A program made the translations under genes and the position numbers. Below the pieces are notes generated by a model, which saw nothing but the letters and a program-made list of their open reading frames with translations, was not told where the DNA came from and searched no databases. Source: an uncultured delta proteobacterium (GTDB lineage Bacteria > Myxococcota > Myxococcia > Myxococcales > Myxococcaceae). From it: 64,000 bases of DNA. Shown piece after piece: positions 9,737 to 19,466 of the stretch (its first letter is position 1; every line of letters begins with the position of its first letter). The stretch covers positions 32,001-96,000 of the forward strand of contig CAVYSY010000033.1 of the NCBI GenBank assembly GCA_963771175.1, in the 5' to 3' direction.

Positions 9737-12697
9737 CTAGCAGCCCACCGGGTAGGTGATCTCCACGGTGGCCCCGGGAGCGGGCGCCGCGTTGAGGTCG
9801 AAGATGACGCTGTTGGTGCCCGCGTCATACGTCCACCCGGTCGTCACCTGCACCCCATCCACCTTCACCACGATGCGCGAGGGGTCCGAGGGCTTCTCGC
9901 TGAGCGTGAAGGTGCGGTTGGGACCGAAGGCGCTCTCCGAGAGCTTCTCCAGCGAGCCGGCCCAGTTGGGCGTGCAGATGCTCTCCACCACGCCGCCAGT
10001 GGCCTGGGCGAGCTGGATGTAGCGGTTGCCAGAGCTGCTGGCCTTGGGGCAGGTGGCCAGATCGCTCGGCCCGGCGATGGCGGAGAAGATGACCTTCGAG
10101 GCGTCTCCCCCCTTCAGCCCCAGGAGGAACGTCTCATAGAAGGACACCGGCTGCGGAGAGAAGTCCTCCTCGTCGGTGATGGCGATGATGGCCAGCTTGG
10201 CATCGTTGCGCAGGAAGTTGGCGTTGCCGTCATTGGTCAGCGGGGTGCGCGGGTCGTCCAGGTTGAAGACGAGCGGATCCGACAGGCTGCGGTACATGGC
10301 CTCCAGGCCCTGCTCGTTCCAGTGGCACACGCCCACCTGCGTGTTGTGCGCGAAGACGGACTCGGCCGCCGGCGTGGTGGGGGTGATGACGCGCGGCGAG
10401 GAGCCATCCACGGGGAAGAAGCGCCCGTTCTCACCGCCCTCGGCTCCACCCGGGCACACCGCCCAGCCGCCCGAGGAGCGCTCGAGGCCGGTGGTGGTGA
10501 CGGCGATGTGGTAGTCCACGCCCGCGGCGGCCGCGTGGATGAGGAAGGCCGAGAAGTTCTGACCCAGGTTCTGCTGCTCGTCCATCATCGAGCCCGAGTT
10601 GTCCACCACGAACAGCACGTCCACCCTGGCCTCGGACTGCTGGATGAACTCGTCGGTCTGGTCCGTCTTCAGCACGCCCTTGCCCACCAGGCCCACCGTG
10701 TAGGGCGAGCCCGTGCCCAGATCGAACCGGAGCGCGGCCACGTCATCCCCATCGCTCTGCGGCTCGTACGTCACCTTCATGAGCGTCTCGCTGTTGGCGG
10801 CGAGCACCGCCGGGAAGAGCAGGCCGTGCGTCAGCTTGAAGTCGCTCGCGTCGCCCTCGAGGTTCATCCCCACCAACGTCGTGGGCCCGGGGCACTTGTT
10901 GTAGACGACCAGCCCGCGCTCCTTCGGGCCGCAGGTGAGCCGATTGACGCCGAAGTCCAGGGTGGTGGGTTGCACGGAGAAGCAGCCCTGCACGCCCTGA
11001 CCGTGCAGAGGAATCAGCACGTGGCCGTTGGACGGGTGGTTGACCCAGCCCTCCGCCATGCCGGAGAACCCGCCCGCCTCGCCCGGCTTGAAGCGCACGA
11101 GCAGCAGGGCCCGCTGGCCCGGCGCGAGCACGGTGTTCCCCGTCTTGTCCGCACTGAAGGACGCATCCGAGCCCTCGGCGAGCTGCATCCCCGCCAGGTA
11201 GCACTCGGTGGCGCCGATGTTGCGAATCGCCGCGCTGAGCGTCACCTCGGAGCCCACCGGCACGCTGCCGAAGTCCACCGAGGCCGGCTCGGCCTTGTAC
11301 TGGCAGGGCGAGAACACCTTGCCCGCGCCCATCACCTTCACCACCTCGGTGGACGTGCTGCGCCCGTCGAGCACCTTGACGGAGAGCTCCGCCTCGCCCG
11401 CCCCGAGGCCGGCGCGCGGCATGAAGGTGATGGGCACCGCGATGGACTGGCCCGCGGCGACGGGCATGCTGGAGGGCGCCTGCGCCAGGAGGAAGTAGCC
11501 GCCCTTCTTCGTGGAGAGCTTCACGTCGCTCACCAGCACGTCGTTGCGGCAGCGGTTCACGATCTGCACGTCCCGGGTGGCGTTCATGCCCTCGGCCACC
11601 TCGCCGAAGTCGAGCGGATCCGGCTGCAACACCACGCACGAGGCACCACCCTCACCTGTCAGCGTCACCTTGGGCCCGGGTTTCGTGGTGCCCACGGGCC
11701 GCACGTCGATCTCCAGCCGAGCGGCGCGCACGGGGCCGCTGGCGGTGGGCGAGAAGGCCACGCGGATCTCGACCACGGCGCCCGCGGCGAGCACGTTGCC
11801 CACGAGCGTGGGCTCGCTCACCACGCGGAAGGCGCCGCTCGCGTTGTCCAGCAGCTTCACGCCGCCGTACGCCATGTGCTCGGTGCCCAGGTTGCGCACG
11901 GTGATGCGCTCCTCGGCGGTGGCGCGCAGCTGCACCCGGCCGAAGTCCACCCGCAGGGGCGTCACCTCGAGCTGCGTGGCAATGCCCGTGCCGGCGAGCT
12001 GCACCACGGTGGGCTCGCACGTGGAGCACACCGACACGCGCGCGATGGCCTGGGCGGCGCCCAGCCGCTCCGGCGTGAAGGACAGCGACACCCGGCGCTC
12101 CTCGCCCGGCGCCAGCGTGAAAGGCACCCCGGCCTCGCTGGAGCCGAACTCGTCCGCGTCCGCCCCGTCCAGGTCCACGCGCACCGGGCTGTCCACCTGC
12201 GAGGGATTGCGCACCACCAGCTCGCGCAGCTCTACGTTGCCCAGCTCCACGTTGCCGAAGTCGATCGCGGGCGTCTTCACCTCCACCCACGCCTTCACGC
12301 CCTGCCCGTCCACGCCGAGCCGCGCCACGCCCTCCTTCACGTTGTCGGCGTCGGTGAGCACCTCCAGCATCCCCTGCACCGCGCCCTCCACGTCCGGCGT
12401 GAAGCGCACCTCCAGCTCCCGCTCGCCGCCCGCCTTCAGCACGAAGGCCTCGAAGGGCAGCACCTCCACGTTGGGCAGGCTGGCCGTCGCCCCCTGCACG
12501 GTGAAGGGAGCTCGGCCCCGGTTGGACAGCCGCACCTTCATCGTCTTGGTGACACCCACCGCCGAGAGGCCGAACTCCAGCTTCTCCGGGAACGCGCCCA
12601 GCCCCGTCTGGGCCGGTCGCGACGACCGCGGATCGCAGCCCGCCCCGAACAGGGCCAACACGCACGCTGCCACGCACACCCAGCGCAATCCGACCAT
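9737..12697 (-). CDS. Large lipoprotein: six Ig-like choice-of-anchor D/ASH-type repeats plus C-terminal vWA domain
   Basis: Lipobox LFGAGC after ATG 12697; six ~100-aa repeats starting P-x-x-(L/I/V)-(D/E)-F-G; vWA MIDAS DVLFVVDNSGSM and ITDEED. Confidence 0.8.
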   Translation of the reverse strand: MVGLRWVCVAACVLALFGAGCDPRSSRPAQTGLGAFPEKLEFGLSAVGVTKTMKVRLSNRGRAPFTVQGATASLPNVEVLPFEAFVLKAGGERELEVRFTPDVEGAVQGMLEVLTDADNVKEGVARLGVDGQGVKAWVEVKTPAIDFGNVELGNVELRELVVRNPSQVDSPVRVDLDGADADEFGSSEAGVPFTLAPGEERRVSLSFTPERLGAAQAIARVSVCSTCEPTVVQLAGTGIATQLEVTPLRVDFGRVQLRATAEERITVRNLGTEHMAYGGVKLLDNASGAFRVVSEPTLVGNVLAAGAVVEIRVAFSPTASGPVRAARLEIDVRPVGTTKPGPKVTLTGEGGASCVVLQPDPLDFGEVAEGMNATRDVQIVNRCRNDVLVSDVKLSTKKGGYFLLAQAPSSMPVAAGQSIAVPITFMPRAGLGAGEAELSVKVLDGRSTSTEVVKVMGAGKVFSPCQYKAEPASVDFGSVPVGSEVTLSAAIRNIGATECYLAGMQLAEGSDASFSADKTGNTVLAPGQRALLLVRFKPGEAGGFSGMAEGWVNHPSNGHVLIPLHGQGVQGCFSVQPTTLDFGVNRLTCGPKERGLVVYNKCPGPTTLVGMNLEGDASDFKLTHGLLFPAVLAANSETLMKVTYEPQSDGDDVAALRFDLGTGSPYTVGLVGKGVLKTDQTDEFIQQSEARVDVLFVVDNSGSMMDEQQNLGQNFSAFLIHAAAAGVDYHIAVTTTGLERSSGGWAVCPGGAEGGENGRFFPVDGSSPRVITPTTPAAESVFAHNTQVGVCHWNEQGLEAMYRSLSDPLVFNLDDPRTPLTNDGNANFLRNDAKLAIIAITDEEDFSPQPVSFYETFLLGLKGGDASKVIFSAIAGPSDLATCPKASSSGNRYIQLAQATGGVVESICTPNWAGSLEKLSESAFGPNRTFTLSEKPSDPSRIVVKVDGVQVTTGWTYDAGTNSVIFDLNAAPAPGATVEITYPVGC

Positions 12698-12964
12698 TGC
12701 AGCCTCCACCAGACCGGCGCCCGCACGGCTCGCGCGCTCACCAGCCATACCTGGGGTGAGGGTCTCTGCAACCTCGGGGCCGAGGAGAAAGGACTGCCCA
12801 CTGACGCGACAAGTCGCGGGACTCTTGGGAAAACTCTTGGACTCGCGGGAGACGCAACCTGCCCCGCGGTCCCCCTCTTCTGAAAAGACTTCCGGAGTGC
12901 CCGACAGGCGACGGGTAAAAACCGGAACCCCCCGGGAGAAGAAAGGGAACCACGAACTCCCGGT

Positions 12965-13864
12965 TCAGGGCGAAGGTCGGGAAGCCAGGATGAGCAGGCG
13001 AGGAGCCAGGCCCGTGCCCCACAGCACGCCGCCCATGCAGATCAACGCACCCACCAGCGCGAGCGGCTGGAGGGGTTCGCCCAGCAGCAGCGCGCCGAGC
13101 ATCCACGAGAAGGCGGGGGTGAGCTGGGTGGTGATGCCGCCCACGGCCGTCGACGTCACGTGGGCCATGCCGTAGGTGAAGATCATCTGCGCGACCGCCG
13201 AGGACAGGCCCACACCGAGCAGCGGCAGCAGCAGGTCCCCACTCAGGGGCCGCCAGTCCTGGAGGGCGAAGGGCAGGCCGAACAGCAGCCCGAAGAGGCA
13301 GAAGGACAGGAAGATGGAGGAGGCGTCGGTGTCGTGACGCAGGGCGCGCAGGGCGATGACGGCCGCACCGCTGAAGACGGCGGACAGCGCCCCGGCCCCC
13401 GCGCCCACGCCCAGGGTGAAGCCCATCCCCCCCTGGACCGTGCTCCAGATGACGAGCCCCGCGCCCACCGTGGTAGCCGCCAGCCCCGTGGCCAGATAGC
13501 CGTTCACCCGCTCGCCCAGGATGAAGAGGCCCAGGATGGCCGCGCAGATGGGCCAGCAGGAGTTGAGCAGCGTGGCGGGCCCCACCGCCAGCTGGTCGAT
13601 GGCCACGAAATACAAGTAGACGGAGGCGCCTCCGAAGATGCCGCGCAGGGCCCACAGCCCGGGCCGCCCCATGCGCGGCCGCGTCCCGGTGAGCGGGTAG
13701 TACAGCGCCAGGAAGGCGAGGCCGATGACGAAGCGCGCGCACACCACCTGTCCCACCGACAGCCGGCCCGACACCGAGCGCGCGCAGAAGGCCATCACGG
13801 CGAACAGGAAGCTGGAGATGACGAGCAGCGGAGAGCCGCGCAGGCGCTCGGGGATGGGGGGCAT
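12965..13864 (-). CDS. DMT/EamA-family transporter
   Basis: ~10 TM helices in two repeats; QVVCARF, LRGIFG, LFILGERV, LLGEPL. Confidence 0.85.
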   Translation of the reverse strand: MPPIPERLRGSPLLVISSFLFAVMAFCARSVSGRLSVGQVVCARFVIGLAFLALYYPLTGTRPRMGRPGLWALRGIFGGASVYLYFVAIDQLAVGPATLLNSCWPICAAILGLFILGERVNGYLATGLAATTVGAGLVIWSTVQGGMGFTLGVGAGAGALSAVFSGAAVIALRALRHDTDASSIFLSFCLFGLLFGLPFALQDWRPLSGDLLLPLLGVGLSSAVAQMIFTYGMAHVTSTAVGGITTQLTPAFSWMLGALLLGEPLQPLALVGALICMGGVLWGTGLAPRLLILASRPSP

Positions 13865-14039
13865 GCGAGCGGCACCCTACACGCGGACGGGGCCGCCGCC
13901 CACGGCCCCCTTGTCCGCCCGCTCCCCTCCCTGGCGGCGGGGGGATGGGCCTTGAAAATCCAGCTGTTCAGGGCCATTCAACCCCCGCGCGCCCGCATTC
14001 CCCCTACCTGCGCGCCCTTTCAGTGGTACACCGCGCCCC

Positions 14040-16919
14040 ATGTCCGAGCCCGACGTCATCTCCATCCGAGGAGCCAAGGAGCACAACCTCAAGAACATCT
14101 CCCTGGAGATTCCGAAGAAGAAGCTGGTGGTGTTCACCGGCGTCTCCGGCTCGGGGAAGAGTTCCTTGGCGTTCGACACCCTCTACGCCGAGGGCCAACG
14201 CCGCTACGTGGAGAGCCTCTCGGCCTATGCCCGGCAGTTCCTCGGGCAGATGGAGAAGCCCAAGTACGACACGATCCGCGGCCTATCGCCCACCATCTCC
14301 ATCGAGCAGAAGGCGGCCAGCAACAACCCGCGCTCGACGGTGGGCACCGTCACCGAGGTGCACGACTACCTGCGCGTGCTCTACGCCTCCGTCGGCGTGC
14401 AGCACTGCCCCAACTGCGGCAAGGTGGGCAAGCAGAGCGCCCAGCAGATCGTCGACACGCTGATGGACTCGCCCACCGGCACCAAGCTTCAGGTGCTCGC
14501 GCCCGTCGTCACCAACCGCAAGGGCGAGCACAAGGACATCCTCACCGAGGCGCAGAAGCGCGGGTTCTCGCGCGCGCGCATCGACGGCAAGGTGAAGAGC
14601 CTGGAGGAGCGCATCGAGCTGGACAAGAAGTGCAAGCACGACATCGCGCTCATCATCGACCGGCTGGTGCTCAAGCCGGAGGTGAAGCAGCGGCTGACGG
14701 ACTCGGTGGAGACGGCCCTGCGCGAGGGCAAGGGCATGCTCATCATCACCGACGAGACGGGCAGCCTCGCGAGCGACCGCATCATGAGCGAGCTCAACGC
14801 CTGCCACGCGTGCGGCCTGTCCTTCGGCGAGCTCAGCCCGTCCTCGTTCTCCTTCAACAACCCGCTGGGCATGTGCTCGGACTGCAACGGCCTGGGCACG
14901 AAGGCGGAGATGGACCCGGACCGGATCGTCCCGGACCCCTCTCGCAGCCTGCGCGACGGCGCGGTCGAGCCGTGGGCCAGCGGCATGAACAAGGGCGAGG
15001 GCTGGACGGCGGACTTCGTGGAGAGCCTCGCCGAGGCCTTCGACATCGACCTGGACGCGCCGTACGCGAAGCTGCCGGCCAAGGCGAAGAAGCTCCTCAT
15101 GAACGGCGCCGAGGGCAAGCGCTTCACCGTCAAGTGGGGCGAGGGCGGCCGCTACGAGATGGAGTGGGAGGGGCTCGTCAACAAGCTGATGCGCAGCTTC
15201 AAGACGACCACGTCCGAGGCGATGCGCACCTACTACCAGAAGTTCTTCAGCGACAAGCCGTGCCCCACCTGCGACGGGGCGCGCCTGAAGCCGGAGAGCC
15301 GGGCGGTGAAGGTGCACGGGCGCTCCATCGTGGACCTGAGCGGGCAGACCATCGGCGACGCGCTGCGCTGGCTGAAGGGGCTGGAGCTGACGCAGACGGA
15401 GCGGAAGATCGCCACCGAGCTGCTCAAGGAGATCCGCAGCCGCCTGGGCTTCCTGGAGGACGTGGGCCTCGCGTACCTGACGCTGGACCGCACCGCGTCC
15501 ACGCTCTCCGGTGGCGAGAGCCAGCGCATCCGGCTGGCCTCGCAGATGGGCAGCGAGCTGACGGGCGTCATCTACATCCTCGACGAGCCCTCCATCGGCC
15601 TGCACCAGCGCGACAACGGCAAGCTGCTGGCCACGCTCAAGCGGCTGCGCGACCTGGGCAACTCCGTCGTCGTGGTGGAGCACGACGAGGAGACGATGGA
15701 GGAGGCGGACTGGCTCGTGGACTTCGGGCCGGGCGCGGGCGAGCTGGGCGGCGAGGTGGTGGCCGAGGGCACTCCGGCGCAGGTGATGGACAACGAGAAG
15801 AGCTCCACCGGCGCGTACCTCTCCGGCCGCAAGGAGATCGAGGTCCCCGATCAGCGACGCGAGCCCGGCAAGACGAAGGTGCGAATCGAGGGCGCGAAGG
15901 AGAACAACCTCAAGGACGTGACGGTGGACATTCCGCTCGGGATGTTCGTGGCCGTGACCGGCGTGTCCGGCGCGGGCAAGTCCACGCTCATCAACGAGAT
16001 CCTCTACCCCGCCGCCGCGCGAGCGCTGTACGAGAGCCGCGAGGTGCCGGGCAAGCACAAGGCGATTACGGGGCTGGAGCACCTGGACAAGGTCATCGAC
16101 ATCGACCAGCGGCCCATCGGACGCACGCCGCGGAGCAACCCGGCCACGTACACGAAGGTGTTCGACGCCATCCGCGAGGTGTTCGCGATGACGCCGGAGG
16201 CGCGGGCGTTCGGGTACACGGCGGGACGCTTCTCCTTCAACATCAAGGGCGGGCGCTGCGAGGCGTGCGAGGGCGACGGCGTGAAGCTGGTGGAGATGCA
16301 CTTCCTGGCGGACGTGTACGTGCCGTGCGAGGTGTGCAACGGCAAGCGCTTCAACGAGGCCACGCTGCGGGTGCTCTACAAGGGGAAGAACATCGCCGAG
16401 GTGCTCGAGATGAGCGTGCGCGAGGCGATGCAGCACTTCAGCGCGCACAAGGACATCATGCGCGTGCTCCAGACGCTGGAGGACGTGGGCCTGGGCTACA
16501 TCCGGCTGGGGCAGAGCTCCCCCACCCTGTCCGGCGGCGAGGCCCAGCGCATCAAGCTGGCGCGCGAGCTGGCGCGCGTGGCCACGGGCCGCACGCTCTA
16601 CATCCTCGACGAGCCCACCACGGGCCTGCACTTCGAGGACATCCGCAAGCTGCTGCACGTGCTCAACCGGCTGGTGGAGGCGGGCAACACGGTGCTGGTC
16701 ATCGAGCACAACCTGGACGTCATCAAGAGCGCGGACTGGGTGATCGACCTGGGACCCGAGGGCGGCGCGGGCGGCGGGCAGTTGCTGGCCACGGGCACGC
16801 CCGAGCAGGTGGCCGAGGTGAAGGAGAGCCACACCGGGCGCTACCTCAAGCACGTGCTGACGAAGTCGCGGAAGCACCGCGTGGGCCGCAGGCCCGACAC
16901 GGCGGCTCCCGCGGCCTGA
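14040..16919 (+). CDS. uvrA: Excinuclease ABC subunit A
   Basis: [71 protein letters not shown], Zn-finger CxxC pairs. Confidence 0.98.
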   Translation: MSEPDVISIRGAKEHNLKNISLEIPKKKLVVFTGVSGSGKSSLAFDTLYAEGQRRYVESLSAYARQFLGQMEKPKYDTIRGLSPTISIEQKAASNNPRSTVGTVTEVHDYLRVLYASVGVQHCPNCGKVGKQSAQQIVDTLMDSPTGTKLQVLAPVVTNRKGEHKDILTEAQKRGFSRARIDGKVKSLEERIELDKKCKHDIALIIDRLVLKPEVKQRLTDSVETALREGKGMLIITDETGSLASDRIMSELNACHACGLSFGELSPSSFSFNNPLGMCSDCNGLGTKAEMDPDRIVPDPSRSLRDGAVEPWASGMNKGEGWTADFVESLAEAFDIDLDAPYAKLPAKAKKLLMNGAEGKRFTVKWGEGGRYEMEWEGLVNKLMRSFKTTTSEAMRTYYQKFFSDKPCPTCDGARLKPESRAVKVHGRSIVDLSGQTIGDALRWLKGLELTQTERKIATELLKEIRSRLGFLEDVGLAYLTLDRTASTLSGGESQRIRLASQMGSELTGVIYILDEPSIGLHQRDNGKLLATLKRLRDLGNSVVVVEHDEETMEEADWLVDFGPGAGELGGEVVAEGTPAQVMDNEKSSTGAYLSGRKEIEVPDQRREPGKTKVRIEGAKENNLKDVTVDIPLGMFVAVTGVSGAGKSTLINEILYPAAARALYESREVPGKHKAITGLEHLDKVIDIDQRPIGRTPRSNPATYTKVFDAIREVFAMTPEARAFGYTAGRFSFNIKGGRCEACEGDGVKLVEMHFLADVYVPCEVCNGKRFNEATLRVLYKGKNIAEVLEMSVREAMQHFSAHKDIMRVLQTLEDVGLGYIRLGQSSPTLSGGEAQRIKLARELARVATGRTLYILDEPTTGLHFEDIRKLLHVLNRLVEAGNTVLVIEHNLDVIKSADWVIDLGPEGGAGGGQLLATGTPEQVAEVKESHTGRYLKHVLTKSRKHRVGRRPDTAAPAA
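16663..16860 (+). repeat. Copy 1 of a 198-bp direct repeat (3' part of uvrA)
   Basis: Aligns without gaps to 19229-19426 with 6 mismatches by eye. Confidence 0.92.
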
Positions 16920-16939
16920 TCGTGTGAACATCACGGGGC

Positions 16940-16967
16940 GGCGAGTTCGATTCCCGCCGCCTCCACC
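16940..16967 (+). other. tmRNA (ssrA) 3'-end-like fragment; possible att-site remnant
   Basis: GGCGAGTTCGATTCCCGCCGCCTCCACC resembles a T-arm (GCGAG-TTCGATT-CCCGC, one mismatch) plus acceptor 3' strand CGCCTCCACC typical of tmRNA; no 5' half upstream. Confidence 0.6.
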
Positions 16968-16970
16968 TTC

Positions 16971-17010
16971 AGGGCCCCAGGTTCTCAGGGACCTGGGGCC
17001 TTTTGTTTTT
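16971..17010 (+). terminator. Intrinsic terminator after uvrA and the tmRNA-like tail
   Basis: Stem agggccccaggttc-tcag-ggacctggggcctt followed by a T-rich tract. Confidence 0.8.
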
Positions 17011-17173
17011 CCGGGGGACCATCGGTGCTGAAGCGCCGTTCGATTCCGTTGATACCTTTTCGGGCGCATGGCAGCGTCGACGACCTCGTGAGCATGACGA
17101 TTGCGCACCCCCGGAGCGCTGATTGTCGTTTCTGGCGCGCCTTCGTCTGCCGGGCGGACTACGTTCGCCTCCG

Positions 17174-18001
17174 ATGTCCGGAACCCGAAAAGACAAAATC
17201 GACAAAATCAGCACTGACGAGGTCCATCGCTGGCTGGGCCCGTTGCTGCGCCAGCGCACGAAGCTGGTGCCGGGAGCAGCCGCCCGCGACGACTCTCTCC
17301 TCGCCACCCGCTTCGGTGGCGTGCCCACGGGCTGCCGCGGCGAGTGGTGGCCCACTTGTGACTGCGGCCGCCTCCTGAGCTTCGTTGCGCAGGTGAACCA
17401 TGCGCGGGACGCCCTGCACTCGCCAAAGCTCGACATCGACTTCTTCACGTTCTTCTACTGCTGGGACTGCAACCCGCTACGGCCACGGAAGAAGCCGGGC
17501 GGATTTCGGGTGATTGCGTACCCGTCGCTCCCTCATGACCAGGCGTGCGAACTCCGACCCGAGCCGGACGCCATCAAAGGCAGCAGATGGTACGAGTTCG
17601 AGCCTCGATTCGTGACCCCGCGACTCGAACAATCGCTCCCCGATTCCGTTGGGTTTGAGGTGCACTGCCCTCCGCTCTGGGACCGGGTTCCCGGAGACTC
17701 CGGTGCTCGGCAGGCGTGGGAGAACTGGCACGTGGTGGATCAAGTTGCCAGCGAGCTGGCGGGTGTTCCCGAGCGGCCTTCGCTTCGCAACCGAGGAGTG
17801 GTGCTCGGCGGATATCCGCACTGGGCGAACGGCCCGGACGAGACGCCACGCTGCACCGCTTGCGGAGAGCTGATGGAGCTGCTGCTGCAGATCTCCCCCT
17901 CCGAGGTGACGGACGCCACCTGGGGCGATGTGTGGACGCCTTATCTCTTCATGTGCCGGACACATCTGGAGGAAGTCGCGCTTCGCCTGCAGGGCACGTG
18001 A
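17174..18001 (+). CDS. DUF1963/YwqG-like protein
   Basis: TRFGGVP, WPTCDCGRLLSFVAQVN, LGGYPHW...CTACGELMELLLQI...WGD...YLFMC; atypical codon use; ATG at 17174. Confidence 0.7.
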   Translation: MSGTRKDKIDKISTDEVHRWLGPLLRQRTKLVPGAAARDDSLLATRFGGVPTGCRGEWWPTCDCGRLLSFVAQVNHARDALHSPKLDIDFFTFFYCWDCNPLRPRKKPGGFRVIAYPSLPHDQACELRPEPDAIKGSRWYEFEPRFVTPRLEQSLPDSVGFEVHCPPLWDRVPGDSGARQAWENWHVVDQVASELAGVPERPSLRNRGVVLGGYPHWANGPDETPRCTACGELMELLLQISPSEVTDATWGDVWTPYLFMCRTHLEEVALRLQGT

Positions 18002-18106
18002 CCGGACTTCCATTCGCTTGTTCCAGACGATTTGGGAGAGATGTCCGTCATATGATTGATGACACTCTGCCCCGTCCGCCTCCGGGCAGCCACCGTCCGG
18101 CGTCGT

Positions 18107-18670
18107 TCAACTGGACGTGGAGGGCTCCGCTGCTCGCGGTAGAGGCGCTGCCGCACCAGCGCTCCGACGGGCCCGTACCGGCAGCCCGGCCGAGCTCCGC
18201 GCGAACCAGTACAGCGCCATCAGGAACGAAATGAACGTGATGAAGTCGAGAGGCGCACGGAGGAACGTCAAGCGCGTCCAGTTGTCGACCCGCGCCAGCA
18301 ACTCGGGCATCGGGGCGGAGTCCACCGGGACCTTCTGGAAGGCGAGCATCTCCGGGATGAAGTACAGAAAGCTCCACGTGCGCATAACCAGGTACGAGGC
18401 CACGCCCACCAGCAGCCACCGCCGCACCCTCCGGTCATGCCAGGTCGACACCAGCGCGGCGATGATGAGCAGCGTGATGAACCCGTGCACCGGAATCCAG
18501 AAGCGCTGAAGCGGAACGCCCGAGTCTGGCTGGATGAGGGTGAATGAGGCCGGGGGGGACGCGCTCCAGATGGGGTTCACAACGAAGTGCTCATAGAGCC
18601 CACCGCCGATCGCCGCCGCCGACGACACGCAGAGGAGCAACAGGCACCACTTCGCGATCTGGTGCTTCAT
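18107..18670 (-). CDS. Membrane protein, DUF1772/anthrone-oxygenase-like
   Basis: Four hydrophobic segments; GGGLYEHFVVNPIW, FWIPVH, MRTWSFLYFIPEM; ATG at 18670. Confidence 0.6.
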   Translation of the reverse strand: MKHQIAKWCLLLLCVSSAAAIGGGLYEHFVVNPIWSASPPASFTLIQPDSGVPLQRFWIPVHGFITLLIIAALVSTWHDRRVRRWLLVGVASYLVMRTWSFLYFIPEMLAFQKVPVDSAPMPELLARVDNWTRLTFLRAPLDFITFISFLMALYWFARSSAGLPVRARRSAGAAAPLPRAAEPSTSS

Positions 18671-18949
18671 GCCGCCACTCAAACTACTCACGAGCTCGGC
18701 GTGGCGTCGGAACCGTTTCACCGCTCGCCAGAGAGCTCGCCCCGCTACCTCCTCGTCGTCCGCCGACGTGCCGAGCTCGGGCACTTCGCACGCCCGGGCC
18801 GTATTCCCACCATCTGGAGTCCCCCGTGCGCGCATACACAGCGGAGGGGCGGGCGCGCCTTGTCAGACGCCGGAGGGCTCCGAACCTTGTACTTTATACA
18901 GAAGGGCGGAACCCCCTCCCGCCCTGTGGATCCACGAGGAGCCCCAGCC

Positions 18950-19210
18950 ATGGCCGACATCAAGAGCAAGGAGACCTTCACCCACGCCAATCTGGATAGC
19001 GCCACCGAAGAGGAGCTCCGGACGGCGAACCAGGCTCCCGAGGAGTTGGAGCGGGCGGCCAGGCACCAGCCTCCTGGGGAGGAGCGCCGCGACGTCACCG
19101 ATGCGGACATCGGCGAGGACGGCATCCTCCGCAAGGGCATCGGCTTCCGCGAGGACGCGGACGCCGCCGTGCGCAAGGAGCCGCCCCTGCGCGACAAGAG
19201 CCGGGAGTGA
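18950..19210 (+). CDS. Small acidic hypothetical protein (86 aa)
   Basis: GAGGAG RBS then ATG 18950; GC-rich third positions; [22 protein letters not shown]. Confidence 0.6.
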   Translation: MADIKSKETFTHANLDSATEEELRTANQAPEELERAARHQPPGEERRDVTDADIGEDGILRKGIGFREDADAAVRKEPPLRDKSRE

Positions 19211-19228
19211 GCGGGAGGCGTGTGCCTG

Positions 19229-19426
19229 TCAACCGGCTGGTGGAGGCGGGCAACACGGTACTGGTCATCGAGCACAACCTGGACGTCATCAAGAGCGCGA
19301 ACTGGGTGATCGATCTGGGACCCGAGGGCGGCGCGGGCGGCGGGCAGTTGCTCGCCACGGGCACTCCCGAGGAGGTGGCCGAGGTGAAGGAGAGCCACAC
19401 CGGGCGCTACCTCAAGCACGTGCTGA
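19229..19426 (+). pseudogene. Orphan duplicate of the uvrA 3' end (copy 2 of the repeat)
   Basis: Encodes [65 protein letters not shown]; 192/198 identical to uvrA; no uvrA sequence upstream. Confidence 0.9.
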
Positions 19427-19433
19427 ACGAGGT

Positions 19434-19461
19434 GGCGAGTTCGATTCCCGCCGCCCTCCAC
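19434..19461 (+). repeat. Second copy of the tmRNA-3'-like tail
   Basis: GGCGAGTTCGATTCCCGCCGCCCTCCAC matches 16940-16966 apart from one extra C. Confidence 0.8.
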
Positions 19462-19466
19462 TGGAT

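Noticed and set aside
16921..16970. A complete tRNA or tmRNA gene after uvrA
   Set aside because: Only the T-arm and 3' acceptor strand are present; upstream is uvrA coding sequence.
47..17108. Very long shadow ORFs (47-3307, 2715-6455, 9722-12883, 13160-16927, 14283-17108; also 42082-45060 and 54411-57575)
   Set aside because: Antisense or off-frame shadows of real genes caused by high GC at third positions; no recognisable motifs.
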